From Eledone cirrhosa (lineage: Eukaryota): a DNA stretch of 64,000 nt. Each line of letters starts with the position of its first letter. Position 1 is the stretch's first letter. The stretch covers positions 259,470,001 through 259,534,000 of the forward strand of contig OZ024741.1 of NCBI GenBank assembly GCA_964016885.1, read 5' to 3'. A model generated the notes under the pieces. That model did not search any database and had not been told where the DNA came from. It worked only from the letters and a program-made list of their open reading frames with translations. Positions 26,801 through 40,000 of the stretch are shown one piece after another. The translations under genes and the position numbers were made by a program.

Positions 26801-29800
26801 GTATGTCGAAACATCCGTAAATCAGAACACTCGTAAGTCGAAACACTCGTAAGTCGAAACACTCGTAAGCCGAAACACTCGTAAGTCGAAGCACTCGTAT
26901 CGAAACACTCGTAAGTCGAAACACCCTTAAGTCAAAACACTCGTAAGCCAAAACACTCGTAAGTCGAAACACTCGTAAGTCGGAACACTCGTAAGTCAGA
27001 ACACTCGTAAGTCAGAACACTCGTAAGTGGAAACACGCGTAAGTCGAAAGACCCGTAAGTCAAAAATCTCGTAAGTCAAAACACTCGTAAGCCGAAACAC
27101 TCGTAAGTCGAAACACTCGTAAGTCGAAACATTCGTAAAGCGAAACGTATAAATAAAGATTAATGTAATGAACTTGAAAAGCATAGATATTTGAAACCGC
27201 GTCTATTTGTTATTTTCGTAAGTCGAAACACTCGTAAGTCAGAACACTCGTAAGTCAGAACACTCTTAAGTCAGAACACTCGTATCGAAACACGTATGTC
27301 AAAACACCCGTAAGTCAAAACACTCGTAAGTCGAAACACTCGTAAGTCGAAACACTCGTAAGCCGAAACAATCGTAAGTCAAAACACTCGTAAGTCGAAA
27401 CACTCGTAAGCCGAAAATACTCGTAAGTCGGAACACCCGTAAGCCGAAACCCTCGTAGGTCGGAACACTCGTAAGTCGAAACACTCGTAAGTCGAAACAC
27501 CCGTAAGTCGAAACACTCGTAAGTCGAAACACCCGTAAGTCGAAACATCCGTAAGTCAAAACACTCGTATGTCGAAACACTCGTAAGCCGAAACACTCGT
27601 AAGTCGGAACACTCGCAAGTCAGAACACTCGTAAGTCAGAACACTCGTAAGTCGAAACACTCGTAAGTCGAAACACCCGTAAGTCGAAACGGCCGTAAGT
27701 CAAAACACTCGTATGTCGAAACACTCGCAAGCCGAAAAACCGTAAGTCAAAACACTCGTAAGTCGAAACACTCGTAAATCGAAACACTCGTAAGCCGAAA
27801 CACTCGTAAGCGAAAACATTCGTTAGTCGAAACACTCGTATCCCGAAACACTCGTAAGTCGAAACACTCGAAAGCCGAAACACTCGTAAGTCGAAACACT
27901 CATAAGCCGAAACACTCGTAAGTCGGAACACTCGTAAGTCAGAACACCCGTAAATCAGAACACTCGTAGTCAGAACACTCGTAAGTCGAAACACTCGTAA
28001 GCCGAAACACTCGCAAGTCGAAGCACTCGTAATCCGAAACACTCTTAAGTCGAAACACTCGTAAGTCGGAACACTCGTAAGTCAGAACACTCGTAAGTCA
28101 GAACACTCGTAAGTCGAAACACTCGTAAGCCGAAACATCCGTAAGTCAAAACATCCGTAAGTCAAAACATTCGTAAGTCGAAACACCCGTAGTCGAAACA
28201 CTCGCAAGTCGAAACACTCGTAAGTCGAAACACGCGTAAGTCGAAACACATGTAAGTCAAAACACTCGTAAGTCAAAACACTCGTAAGCCGAAACACTCG
28301 TAAGTCGAAACACTCGTAAGTCGAAACACTCGTAAAGCGAAACGTATAAATAAATATTAATGTAATGAATTTGAAAAGCATAGAGATTTGAAACCGCGTC
28401 TATTTGTTATTTTCGTAAGTCGAAACACTCGTAAGCCGAAACACTCGTGAGCCGAAACACTCGTAAGTCGGAACACTCGTAAGTCAGAACACTCGTAAGT
28501 CAGAACACTCGTAAGTTAGAACACTCGTAAGTCAGAACACTCGTAAGTCAGAACACTCGTAAGTCGAAACACTCGTATCGAAACACTCGTATGTCAAAAC
28601 ACCCGTAAGTCAAAACACTCGTAAGTCGAAACACTCGTAAGTCGAAACACTCGTAAGCCGAAACACTCGTAAGCCGAAACACTCGTAAGTCGGAACACTC
28701 GTAAGTCGGAACACTCGTAAGTCAGAACACTCGTAAGTCAGAACACTCGTAAGTCAGAACACTCGTAAGTCAGAACACTCGTAAGTCGAAACACTCGTAT
28801 CGAAGCACTCGTATGTCAAAACACCCGTAAGTCAAAACACTCGTAAGTCGAAACACTCGTAAGTCGAAACACTCGTATGTCGAAACATCCGTAAATCAGA
28901 ACACTCGTAAGTCGAAACACTCGTAAGTCGAAACACTCGTAAGCCGAAACACTCGTAAGTCGAAGCACTCGTATCGAAACACTCGTAAGTCGAAACACCC
29001 TTAAGTCAAAACACTCGTAAGCCAAAACACTCGTAAGTCGAAACACTCGTAAGTCGGAACACTCGTAAGTCAGAACACTCGTAAGTCAGAACACTCGTAA
29101 GTGGAAACACGCGTAAGTCGAAAGACCCGTAAGTCAAAAATCTCGTAAGTCAAAACACTCGTAAGCCGAAACACTCGTAAGTCGAAACACTCGTAAGTCG
29201 AAACATTCGTAAAGCGAAACGTATAAATAAAGATTAATGTAATGAACTTGAAAAGCATAGATATTTGAAACCGCGTCTATTTGTTATTTTCGTAAGTCGA
29301 AACACTCGTAAGTCAGAACACTCGTAAGTCAGAACACTCTTAAGTCAGAACACTCGTATCGAAACACTCGTATGTCAAAACACCCGTAAGTCAAAACACT
29401 CGTAAGTCGAAACACTCGTAAGTCGAAACACTCGTAAGCCGAAACACTCGTAAGCCGAAACACTCGTAAGCCGAAACACTCGTAAGTCGGAACACTCGTA
29501 AGTCAGAACACTCATAAGTCAGAACACTCGTAAGTCAGAACACTCGTAAGTCGAAACACTCGTAAGCCGAAACACCGTAAGTCGAAACACCCGTATGTCG
29601 AAACACTCGTAAGCCGAAACACTCTTAAGTCGAAACACTCATAAGTCGAAACATTCGTAAGTCGAAACATCCGTAAATCAGAACACTCTTAAGTCGAAAG
29701 ACCCGTAAGTCAAAAATCTCGTAAGTCAAAACACTCGTAAGCCGAAACACTCGTAAGTCGAAACACTCGTAAGTCGAAACACCCGTAAGTCAGAACACTC

Positions 29801-32800
29801 GTAAGTCAGAACACTCGTAAGTCGAAACACTCGTAAGCCGAAACACTCGTAAGTCGGAACACTCGCAAGTCAGAACACTCGTAAGTCAGAACACTCGTAA
29901 GTCGAAACACTCGTAAGTCGAAACACCCGTAAGTCGAAACGCCCGTAAGTCAAAACACTCGTATGTCGAAACACTCGCAAGCCGAAAAACCGTAAGTCAA
30001 AACACTCGTAAGTCGAAACACTCGTAAATCGAAACACTCGTAAGCCGAAACACTCGTAAGCGAAAACATTCGTTAGTCGAAACATTCGTAACCCGAAACA
30101 CTCGTAAGTCGAAACACTCGAAAGCCGAAACACTCATAAGTCGAAACACTCATAAGCCGAAACACTCGTAAGTCGGAACACTCGTAAGTCAGAACACCCG
30201 TAAATCAGAACACTCGTAGTCAGAACACTCGTAAGTCGAAACACTCGTAAGCCGAAACACTCGCAAGTCGAAGCACTCGTTATCCGAAACACTCTTAAGT
30301 CGAAACACTCGTAAGTCGGAACACTCGTAAGTCAGAACACTCGTAAGTCAGAACACTCGTAAGTCGAAACACTCGTAAGCCGAAACATCCGTAAGTCAAA
30401 ACATCCGTAAGTCAAAACATTCGTAAGTCGAAACACCCGTAGTCGAAACACTCGCAAGTCGAAACACTCGTAAGTCGAAACACGCGTAAGTCGAAACACA
30501 TGTAAGTCAAAACACTCGTAAGTCAAAACACTCGTAAGCCGAAACACTCGTAAGTCGAAACACTCGTAAGTCGAAACACTCGTAAAGCGAAACGTATCAA
30601 TAAAGATTAATGTAATGAATTTGAAAAGCATAGAGATTTGAAACCGCGTCTATTTGTTATTTTCGTAAGTCGAAACACTCGTAAGCCGAAACACTCGTGA
30701 GCCGAAACACTCGTAAGTCGGAACACTCGTAAGTCAGAACACTCGTAAGTCAGAACACTCGTAAGTTAGAACACTCGTAAGTCAGAACACTCGTAAGTCA
30801 GAACACTCGTAAGTCGAAACACTCGTATCGAAACACTCGTATGTCAAAACACCCGTAAGTCAAAACACTCGTAAGTCGAAACACTCGTAAGTCGAAACAC
30901 TCGTAAGCCGAAACACTCGAAAGCCGAAACACTCGTAAGTCGGAACACTCGTAAGTCGGAACACTCGTAAGTCAGAACACTCGTAAGTCAGAACACTCGT
31001 AAGTCAGAACACTCGTAAGTCAGAACACTCGTAAGTCGAAACACTCGTATCGAAACACTCGTATGTCAAAACACCCGTAAGTCAAAACACTCGTAAGTCG
31101 AAACACTCGTAAGTCGAAACACTCGTATGTCGAAACATCCGTAAATCAGAACACTCGTAAGTCGAAACACTCGTAAGTCGAAACACTCGTAAGCCGAAAC
31201 ACTCGTAAGTCGAAGCACTCGTATCGAAACACTCGTAAGTCGAAACACCCTTAAGTCAAAACACTCGTAAGCCAAAACACTCGTAAGTCGAAACACTCGT
31301 AAGTCGGAACACTCGTAAGTCAGAACACTCGTAAGTCAGAACACTCGTAAGTGGAAACACGCGTAAGTCGAAAGACCCGTAAGTCAAAAATCTCGTAAGT
31401 CAAAACACTCGTAAGCCGAAACACTCGTAAGTCGAAACACTCGTAAGTCGAAACACTCGTAAGTCGAAACATTCGTAAAGCGAAACGTATAAATAAAGAT
31501 TAATGTAATGAACTTGAAAAGCATAGATATTTGAAACCGCGTCTATTTGTTATTTTCGTAAGTCGAAACACTCGTAAGTCAGAACACTCGTAAGTCAGAA
31601 CACTCTTAAGTCAGAACACTCATATCGAAACACGTATGTCAAAACACCCGTAAGTCAAAACACTCGTAAGTCGAAACACTCGTAAGTCGAAACACTCGTA
31701 AGCCGAAACAATCGTAAGTCAAAACACTCGTAAGTCGAAACACTCGTAAGCCGAAAATACTCGTAAGTCGGAACACCCGTAAGCCGAAACCCTCGTAGGT
31801 CGGAACACTCGTAAGTCAAAACACTCGTAAGTCGAAACACCCGTAAGTCGAAACACTCGTAAGTCGAAACACCCGTAAGTCGAAACATCCGTAAGTCAAA
31901 ACACTCGTATGTCGAAACACTCGTAAGCCGAAACACTCGTAAGTCAGAACACTCGTAAGTCAGAACACTCGTAAGTCGAAACACTCATAAGTCGAAACAC
32001 TCGTAAGTCGAAACACCCGTAAGTCGAAACACCCGTAAGTCGAAACACTCGTATGTCGAATAACTCGTAAGCCGAAACACCGTAAGTCAAAACACTCGTA
32101 AGTCGAAACACTCGTAAGTCGAAACACCCATAAGCCGAAACACTCGTAAGCCAAAACATTCGTAAGTCGAAACACTCGTAAACCGAAACACTCGTAAGCC
32201 AAAACATTCGTAAGTCGAAACACTCGTAAGTCGAAACACCCATAGCCGAAACACTCGTAAGTCTGAACACACGTAAGTCAGAACAGCCGTAAGTCAGAAC
32301 ACTCGTAAGTCAGAACACTCGTAAGTCAGAACACTCGTAAGTCAGAGCACTCGTATCGAAACACTCGTATGTCAAAACACCCGTAAGTCAAAACACTCGT
32401 AAGTCGAAACACTCGTAAGCCGAAACACCGTAAGCCAAAACACTCGTAAGTCGAAACACCCGTAAGTCGGAACACTCGTAAGTCGAAACACTCGTAAGTC
32501 GAAACACTCGTAAGCCGAAACACTCGTAAGCCGAAACACTCGTAAGTCGGAACACTCGTAAGTCGGAACACTCGTAAGTCAGAACACTCGTAAGTCAGAA
32601 CACTCGTAAGTCAGAACACTCGTAAGTCAGAACACTCGTAAGTCGAAACACTCGTATCGAAACACTCGTATGTCAAAACACCCGTAAGTCAAAACACTCG
32701 TAAGTCGAAACACTCGTAAGTCGAAACACTCGTATGTCGAAACATCCGTAAATCAGAACACTCGTAAGTCGAAACACTCGTAAGTCGAAACACTCGTAAG

Positions 32801-35775
32801 CCGAAACACTCGTAAGTCGAAGCACTCGTATCGAAACACTCGTAAGTCGAAACACCCTTAAGTCAAAACACTCGTAAGCCAAAACACTCGTAAGTCGAAA
32901 CACTCGTAAGTCGGAACACTCGTAAGTCAGAACACTCGTAAGTCAGAACACTCGTAAGTGGAAACACGCGTAAGTCGAAAGACCCGTAAGTCAAAAATCT
33001 CGTAAGTCAAAACACTCGTAAGCCGAAACACTCGTAAGTCGAAACACTCGTAAGTCGAAACATTCGTAAAGCGAAACGTATAAATAAAGATTAATGTAAT
33101 GAACTTGAAAAGCATAGATATTTGAAACCGCGTCTATTTGTTATTTTCGTAAGTCGAAACACTCGTAAGTCAGAACACTCGTAAGTCAGAACACTCTTAA
33201 GTCAGAACACTCGTATCGAAACACGTATGTCAAAACACCCGTAAGTCAAAACACTCGTAAGTCGAAACACTCGTAAGTCGAAACACTCGTAAGCCGAAAC
33301 AATCGTAAGTCAAAACACTCGTAAGTCGAAACACTCGTAAGCCGAAAATACTCGTAAGTCGGAACACCCGTAAGCCGAAACCCTCGTAGGTCGGAACACT
33401 CGTAAGTCGAAACACTCGTAAGTCGAAACACCCGTAAGTCGAAACACTCGTAAGTCGAAACACCCGTAAGTCGAAACATCCGTAAGTCAAAACACTCGTA
33501 TGTCGAAACACTCGTAAGCCGAAACACTCGTAAGTCGGAACACTCGCAAGTCAGAACACTCGTAAGTCAGAACACTCGTAAGTCGAAACACTCGTAAGTC
33601 GAAACACCCGTAAGTCGAAACGGCCGTAAGTCAAAACACTCGTATGTCGAAACACTCGCAAGCCGAAAAACCGTAAGTCAAAACACTCGTAAGTCGAAAC
33701 ACTCGTAAATCGAAACACTCGTAAGCCGAAACACTCGTAAGCGAAAACATTCGTTAGTCGAAACACTCGTATCCCGAAACACTCGTAAGTCGAAACACTC
33801 GAAAGCCGAAACACTCGTAAGTCGAAACACTCATAAGCCGAAACACTCGTAAGTCGGAACACTCGTAAGTCAGAACACCCGTAAATCAGAACACTCGTAG
33901 TCAGAACACTCGTAAGTCGAAACACTCGTAAGCCGAAACACTCGCAAGTCGAAGCACTCGTAATCCGAAACACTCTTAAGTCGAAACACTCGTAAGTCGG
34001 AACACTCGTAAGTCAGAACACTCGTAAGTCAGAACACTCGTAAGTCGAAACACTCGTAAGCCGAAACATCCGTAAGTCAAAACATCCGTAAGTCAAAACA
34101 TTCGTAAGTCGAAACACCCGTAGTCGAAACACTCGCAAGTCGAAACACTCGTAAGTCGAAACACGCGTAAGTCGAAACACATGTAAGTCAAAACACTCGT
34201 AAGTCAAAACACTCGTAAGCCGAAACACTCGTAAGTCGAAACACTCGTAAGTCGAAACACTCGTAAAGCGAAACGTATAAATAAATATTAATGTAATGAA
34301 TTTGAAAAGCATAGAGATTTGAAACCGCGTCTATTTGTTATTTTCGTAAGTCGAAACACTCGTAAGCCGAAACACTCGTGAGCCGAAACACTCGTAAGTC
34401 GGAACACTCGTAAGTCAGAACACTCGTAAGTCAGAACACTCGTAAGTTAGAACACTCGTAAGTCAGAACACTCGTAAGTCAGAACACTCGTAAGTCGAAA
34501 CACTCGTATCGAAACACTCGTATGTCAAAACACCCGTAAGTCAAAACACTCGTAAGTCGAAACACTCGTAAGTCGAAACACTCGTAAGCCGAAACACTCG
34601 TAAGCCGAAACACTCGTAAGTCGGAACACTCGTAAGTCGGAACACTCGTAAGTCAGAACACTCGTAAGTCAGAACACTCGTAAGTCAGAACACTCGTAAG
34701 TCAGAACACTCGTAAGTCGAAACACTCGTATCGAAGCACTCGTATGTCAAAACACCCGTAAGTCAAAACACTCGTAAGTCGAAACACTCGTAAGTCGAAA
34801 CACTCGTATGTCGAAACATCCGTAAATCAGAACACTCGTAAGTCGAAACACTCGTAAGTCGAAACACTCGTAAGCCGAAACACTCGTAAGTCGAAGCACT
34901 CGTATCGAAACACTCGTAAGTCGAAACACCCTTAAGTCAAAACACTCGTAAGCCAAAACACTCGTAAGTCGAAACACTCGTAAGTCGGAACACTCGTAAG
35001 TCAGAACACTCGTAAGTCAGAACACTCGTAAGTGGAAACACGCGTAAGTCGAAAGACCCGTAAGTCAAAAATCTCGTAAGTCAAAACACTCGTAAGCCGA
35101 AACACTCGTAAGTCGAAACACTCGTAAGTCGAAACATTCGTAAAGCGAAACGTATAAATAAAGATTAATGTAATGAACTTGAAAAGCATAGATATTTGAA
35201 ACCGCGTCTATTTGTTATTTTCGTAAGTCGAAACACTCGTAAGTCAGAACACTCGTAAGTCAGAACACTCTTAAGTCAGAACACTCGTATCGAAACACTC
35301 GTATGTCAAAACACCCGTAAGTCAAAACACTCGTAAGTCGAAACACTCGTAAGTCGAAACACTCGTAAGCCGAAACACTCGTAAGCCGAAACACTCGTAA
35401 GCCGAAACACTCGTAAGTCGGAACACTCGTAAGTCAGAACACTCATAAGTCAGAACACTCGTAAGTCAGAACACTCGTAAGTCGAAACACTCGTAAGCCG
35501 AAACACCGTAAGTCGAAACACCCGTATGTCGAAACACTCGTAAGCCGAAACACTCTTAAGTCGAAACACTCATAAGTCGAAACATTCGTAAGTCGAAACA
35601 TCCGTAAATCAGAACACTCTTAAGTCGAAAGACCCGTAAGTCAAAAATCTCGTAAGTCAAAACACTCGTAAGCCGAAACACTCGTAAGTCGAAACACTCG
35701 TAAGTCGAAACACCCGTAAGTCAGAACACTCGTAAGTCAGAACACTCGTAAGTCGAAACACTCGTAAGCCGAAAC
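23890..35775 (+). repeat. 5931-bp near-perfect tandem duplication (two copies)
   Basis: Cassettes 24663/30594, 25556/31487, 27147/33078, 28344/34275 and 29221/35152 and the ORF twins are all offset by 5931. Private alleles GTATCAATAAAG, GTTATCCG and AAACGGCCG are shared. Confidence 0.95.
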
Positions 35776-37019
35776 ATCCGTAAGTCAAAACATCCGTAAG
35801 TCAAAACATTCGTAAGTCGAAACACCCGTAGTCGAAACACTCGCAAGTCGAAACACTCGTAAGTCGAAACACGCGTAAGTCGAAACACATGTAAGTCAAA
35901 ACACTCGTAAGTCAAAACACTCGTAAGCCGAAACACTCGTAAGTCGAAACACTCGTAAGTCGAAACACTCGTAAAGCGAAACGTATAAATAAATATTAAT
36001 GTAATGAATTTGAAAAGCATAGAGATTTGAAACCGCGTCTATTTGTTATTTTCGTAAGTCGAAACACTCGTAAGCCGAAACACTCGTGAGCCGAAACACT
36101 CGTAAGTCGGAACACTCGTAAGTCAGAACACTCGTAAGTCAGAACACTCGTAAGTTAGAACACTCGTAAGTCAGAACACTCGTAAGTCAGAACACTCGTA
36201 AGTCGAAACACTCGTATCGAAACACTCGTATGTCAAAACACCCGTAAGTCAAAACACTCGTAAGTCGAAACACTCGTAAGTCGAAACACTCGTAAGCCGA
36301 AACACTCGTAAGCCGAAACACTCGTAAGTCGGAACACTCGTAAGTCGGAACACTCGTAAGTCAGAACACTCGTAAGTCAGAACACTCGTAAGTCAGAACA
36401 CTCGTAAGTCAGAACACTCGTAAGTCGAAACACTCGTATCGAAGCACTCGTATGTCAAAACACCCGTAAGTCAAAACACTCGTAAGTCGAAACACTCGTA
36501 AGTCGAAACACTCGTATGTCGAAACATCCGTAAATCAGAACACTCGTAAGTCGAAACACTCGTAAGTCGAAACACTCGTAAGCCGAAACACTCGTAAGTC
36601 GAAGCACTCGTATCGAAACACTCGTAAGTCGAAACACCCTTAAGTCAAAACACTCGTAAGCCAAAACACTCGTAAGTCGAAACACTCGTAAGTCGGAACA
36701 CTCGTAAGTCAGAACACTCGTAAGTCAGAACACTCGTAAGTGGAAACACGCGTAAGTCGAAAGACCCGTAAGTCAAAAATCTCGTAAGTCAAAACACTCG
36801 TAAGCCGAAACACTCGTAAGTCGAAACACTCGTAAGTCGAAACATTCGTAAAGCGAAACGTATAAATAAAGTTTAATGTAATGAACTTGGAAAGCATAGA
36901 TATTTGAAACCGCGTCTATTTGTTATTTTCGTAAGTCGAAACACTCGTAAGTCAGAACACTCGTAAGTCAGAACACTCTTAAGTCAGAACACTCGTATCG
37001 AAACACGTATGTCAAAACA

Positions 37020-40000
37020 CCCGTAAGTCAAAACACTCGTAAGTCGAAACACTCGTAAGTCGAAACACTCGTAAGCCGAAACAATCGTAAGTCAAAACAC
37101 TCGTAAGTCGAAACACTCGTAAGCCGAAAATACTCGTAAGTCGGAACACCCGTAAGCCGAAACCCTCGTAGGTCGGAACACTCGTAAGTCGAAACACTCG
37201 TAAGTCGAAACACCCGTAAGTCGAAACACTCGTAAGACGAAACACCCGTAAGTCGAAACATCCGTAAGTCAAAACACTCGTATGTCGAAACACTCGTAAG
37301 CCGAAACACTCGTAAGTCGGAACACTCGCAAGTCAGAACACTCGTAAGTCAGAACACTCGTAAGTCAGAACACTCGTAAGTCGAAACATTCGTAAGTCGA
37401 AACACCCGTAAGTCGAAACGCCCGTAAGTCAAAACACTCGTATGTCAAAACACTCGCAAGCCGAAAAACCGTAAGTCAAAACACTCGTAAGTCGAAACAC
37501 TCGTAAATCGAAACACTCGTAAGCCGAAACACTCGTAAGCGAAAAAATTCGTTAGTCGAAACACTCGTAACCCGAAACACTCGTAAGTCGAAACACTCGA
37601 AAGCCGAAACACTCGTAAGTCGAAACACTCATAAGCCGAAACACTCGTAAGTCGGAACACTCGTAAGTCAGAACACCCGTAAATCAGAACACTCGTAGTC
37701 AGAACACTCGTAAGTCGAAACACTCGTAAGCCGAAACACTCGCAAGTCGAAGCACTCGTAATCCGAAACACTCTTAAGTCGAAACACTCGTAAGTCGGAA
37801 CACTCGTAAGTCAGAACACTCGTAAGTCAGAACACTCGTAAGTCGAAACACTCGTAAGCCGAAACATCCGTAAGTCAAAACATCCGTAAGTCAAAACATT
37901 CGTAAGTCGAAACACCCGTAGTCGAAACACTCGCAAGTCGAAACACTCGTAAGTCGAAACACGCGTAAGTCGAAACACATGTAAGTCAAAACACTCGTAA
38001 GTCAAAACACTCGTAAGCCGAAACACTCGTAAGTCGAAACACTCGTAAGTCGAAACACTCGTAAAGCGAAACGTATAAATAAATATTAATGTAATGAATT
38101 TGAAAAGCATAGAGATTTGAAACCGCGTCTATTTGTTATTTTCGTAAGTCGAAACACTCGTAAGCCGAAACACTCGTGAGCCGAAACACTCGTAAGTCGG
38201 AACACTCGTAAGTCAGAACACTCGTAAGTCAGAACACTCGTAAGTTAGAACACTCGTAAGTCAGAACACTCGTAAGTCAGAACACTCGTAAGTCGAAACA
38301 CTCGTATCGAAACACTCGTATGTCAAAACACCCGTAAGTCAAAACACTCGTAAGTCGAAACACTCGTAAGTCGAAACACTCGTAAGCCGAAACACTCGTA
38401 AGCCGAAACACTCGTAAGTCGGAACACTCGTAAGTCAGAACACTCATAAGTCAGAACACTCGTAAGTCAGAACACTCGTAAGTCGAAACACTCGTAAGCC
38501 GAAACACCGTAAGTCGAAACACCCGTATGTCGAAACACTCGTAAGCCGAAACACTCTTAAGTCGAAACACTCATAAGCCGAAACACTCGAAAGTGGGAAC
38601 ACTCGTAAATCAGAACACCCGCAAGTCAGAACACTCGTAAATCAGAACACTCTTAAGTCGAAACTTACGTACGCCGAAACAATCGTAAGTCGAAACACTC
38701 GTAAGTCGAAACATCCTTAAGTCGAAACACTCGTACACCGAAACACTCGTAAGTATAAACATTAGTAAGTCGAAACACTCGTATGTCGAAACACTCGTAA
38801 ACCGAAACACTCGTAAGTCGGAACACTCGTAAGTCAGAACACTCGTAAGTCAGAACACTCGTAAGTCGAAACACTCATAAGTCGAAACACCCGTAAGTCG
38901 AAACACTCGTATGTCGAATAACTCGTAAGCCGAAACACCGTAAGTCAAAACACTCGTAAGTAGAAACACTCGTAAGTCGAAACACCCATAAGCCGAAACA
39001 CTCGTAAGCCAAAACATTCGTAAGTCGAAACACTCGTAAACCGAAACACTCGTAAGCCAAAACATTCGTATGTCGAAACACTCGTAAGTCGAAACACCCA
39101 TAGCCGAAACACTTGTAAGTCTGAACACACGTAAGTCAGAACACCCGTAAGTCAGAACACTCGTAAGTCAGAACACTCGTAAGTCAGAACACTCGTAAGT
39201 CAGAACACTCGTAAGTCAGAGCACTCGTATCGAAACACTCGTATGTCAAAACACCCGTAAGTCAAAACACTCGTAAGTCGAAACACTCGTAAGCCGAAAC
39301 ACCGTAAGCCAAAACACTCGTAAGTCGAAACACCCCTAAGTCGGAACACTCGTAAGTCGAAACACTCGTAAGTCGAAACACTCGTAAGCCGAAACACTCG
39401 TAAGCCGAAACACTCGTAAGTCGGAACACTCGTAAGTCGGAACACTCGTAAGTCAGAACACTCGTAAGTCAGAACACTCGTAAGTCAGAACACTCGTAAG
39501 TCAGAACACTCGTAAGTCGAAACACTCGTATCGAAACACTCGTATGTCAAAACACCCGTAAGTCAAAACACTCGTAAGTCGAAACACTCGTAAGTCGAAA
39601 CATTCGTAAGTCGAAACATCCGTAAATCAGAACACTCTTAAGTCGAAACACTCGTAAGTCGAAACACTCGTAAGCCGAAACACTCGTAAGTCGAAGCACT
39701 CGTATCGAAACACTCGTAAGTCGAAACACCCTTAAGTCAAAACACTCGTAAGCCAAAACACTCGTAAGTCGAAACACTCGTAAGTCGGAACACTCGTAAG
39801 TCAGAACACTCGTAAGTCAGAACACTCGTAAGTGGAAACACGCGTAAGTCGAAACACTCATAAGTCGAAACACTCGTATGTCGAATAACTCGTAAGCCGA
39901 AACACCGTAAGTCAAAACACTCGTAAGTCGAAACACTCGTAAGTCGAAACACCCATAAGCCGAAACACTCGTAAGCCAAAACATTCGTAAGTCGAAACAC

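Larger units (their letters stand above)
14400..38400 (+). repeat. Central domain of ~2.0-2.1 kb higher-order repeats carrying one type A and one type B cassette
   Basis: A-to-B spacing is 877 bp at 14626, 20644, 22605, 28344, 34275 and 35983, and 893 bp (877+16) at 24663 and 30594. A-to-A periods include 1961, 2058 and 2090. Confidence 0.88.
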
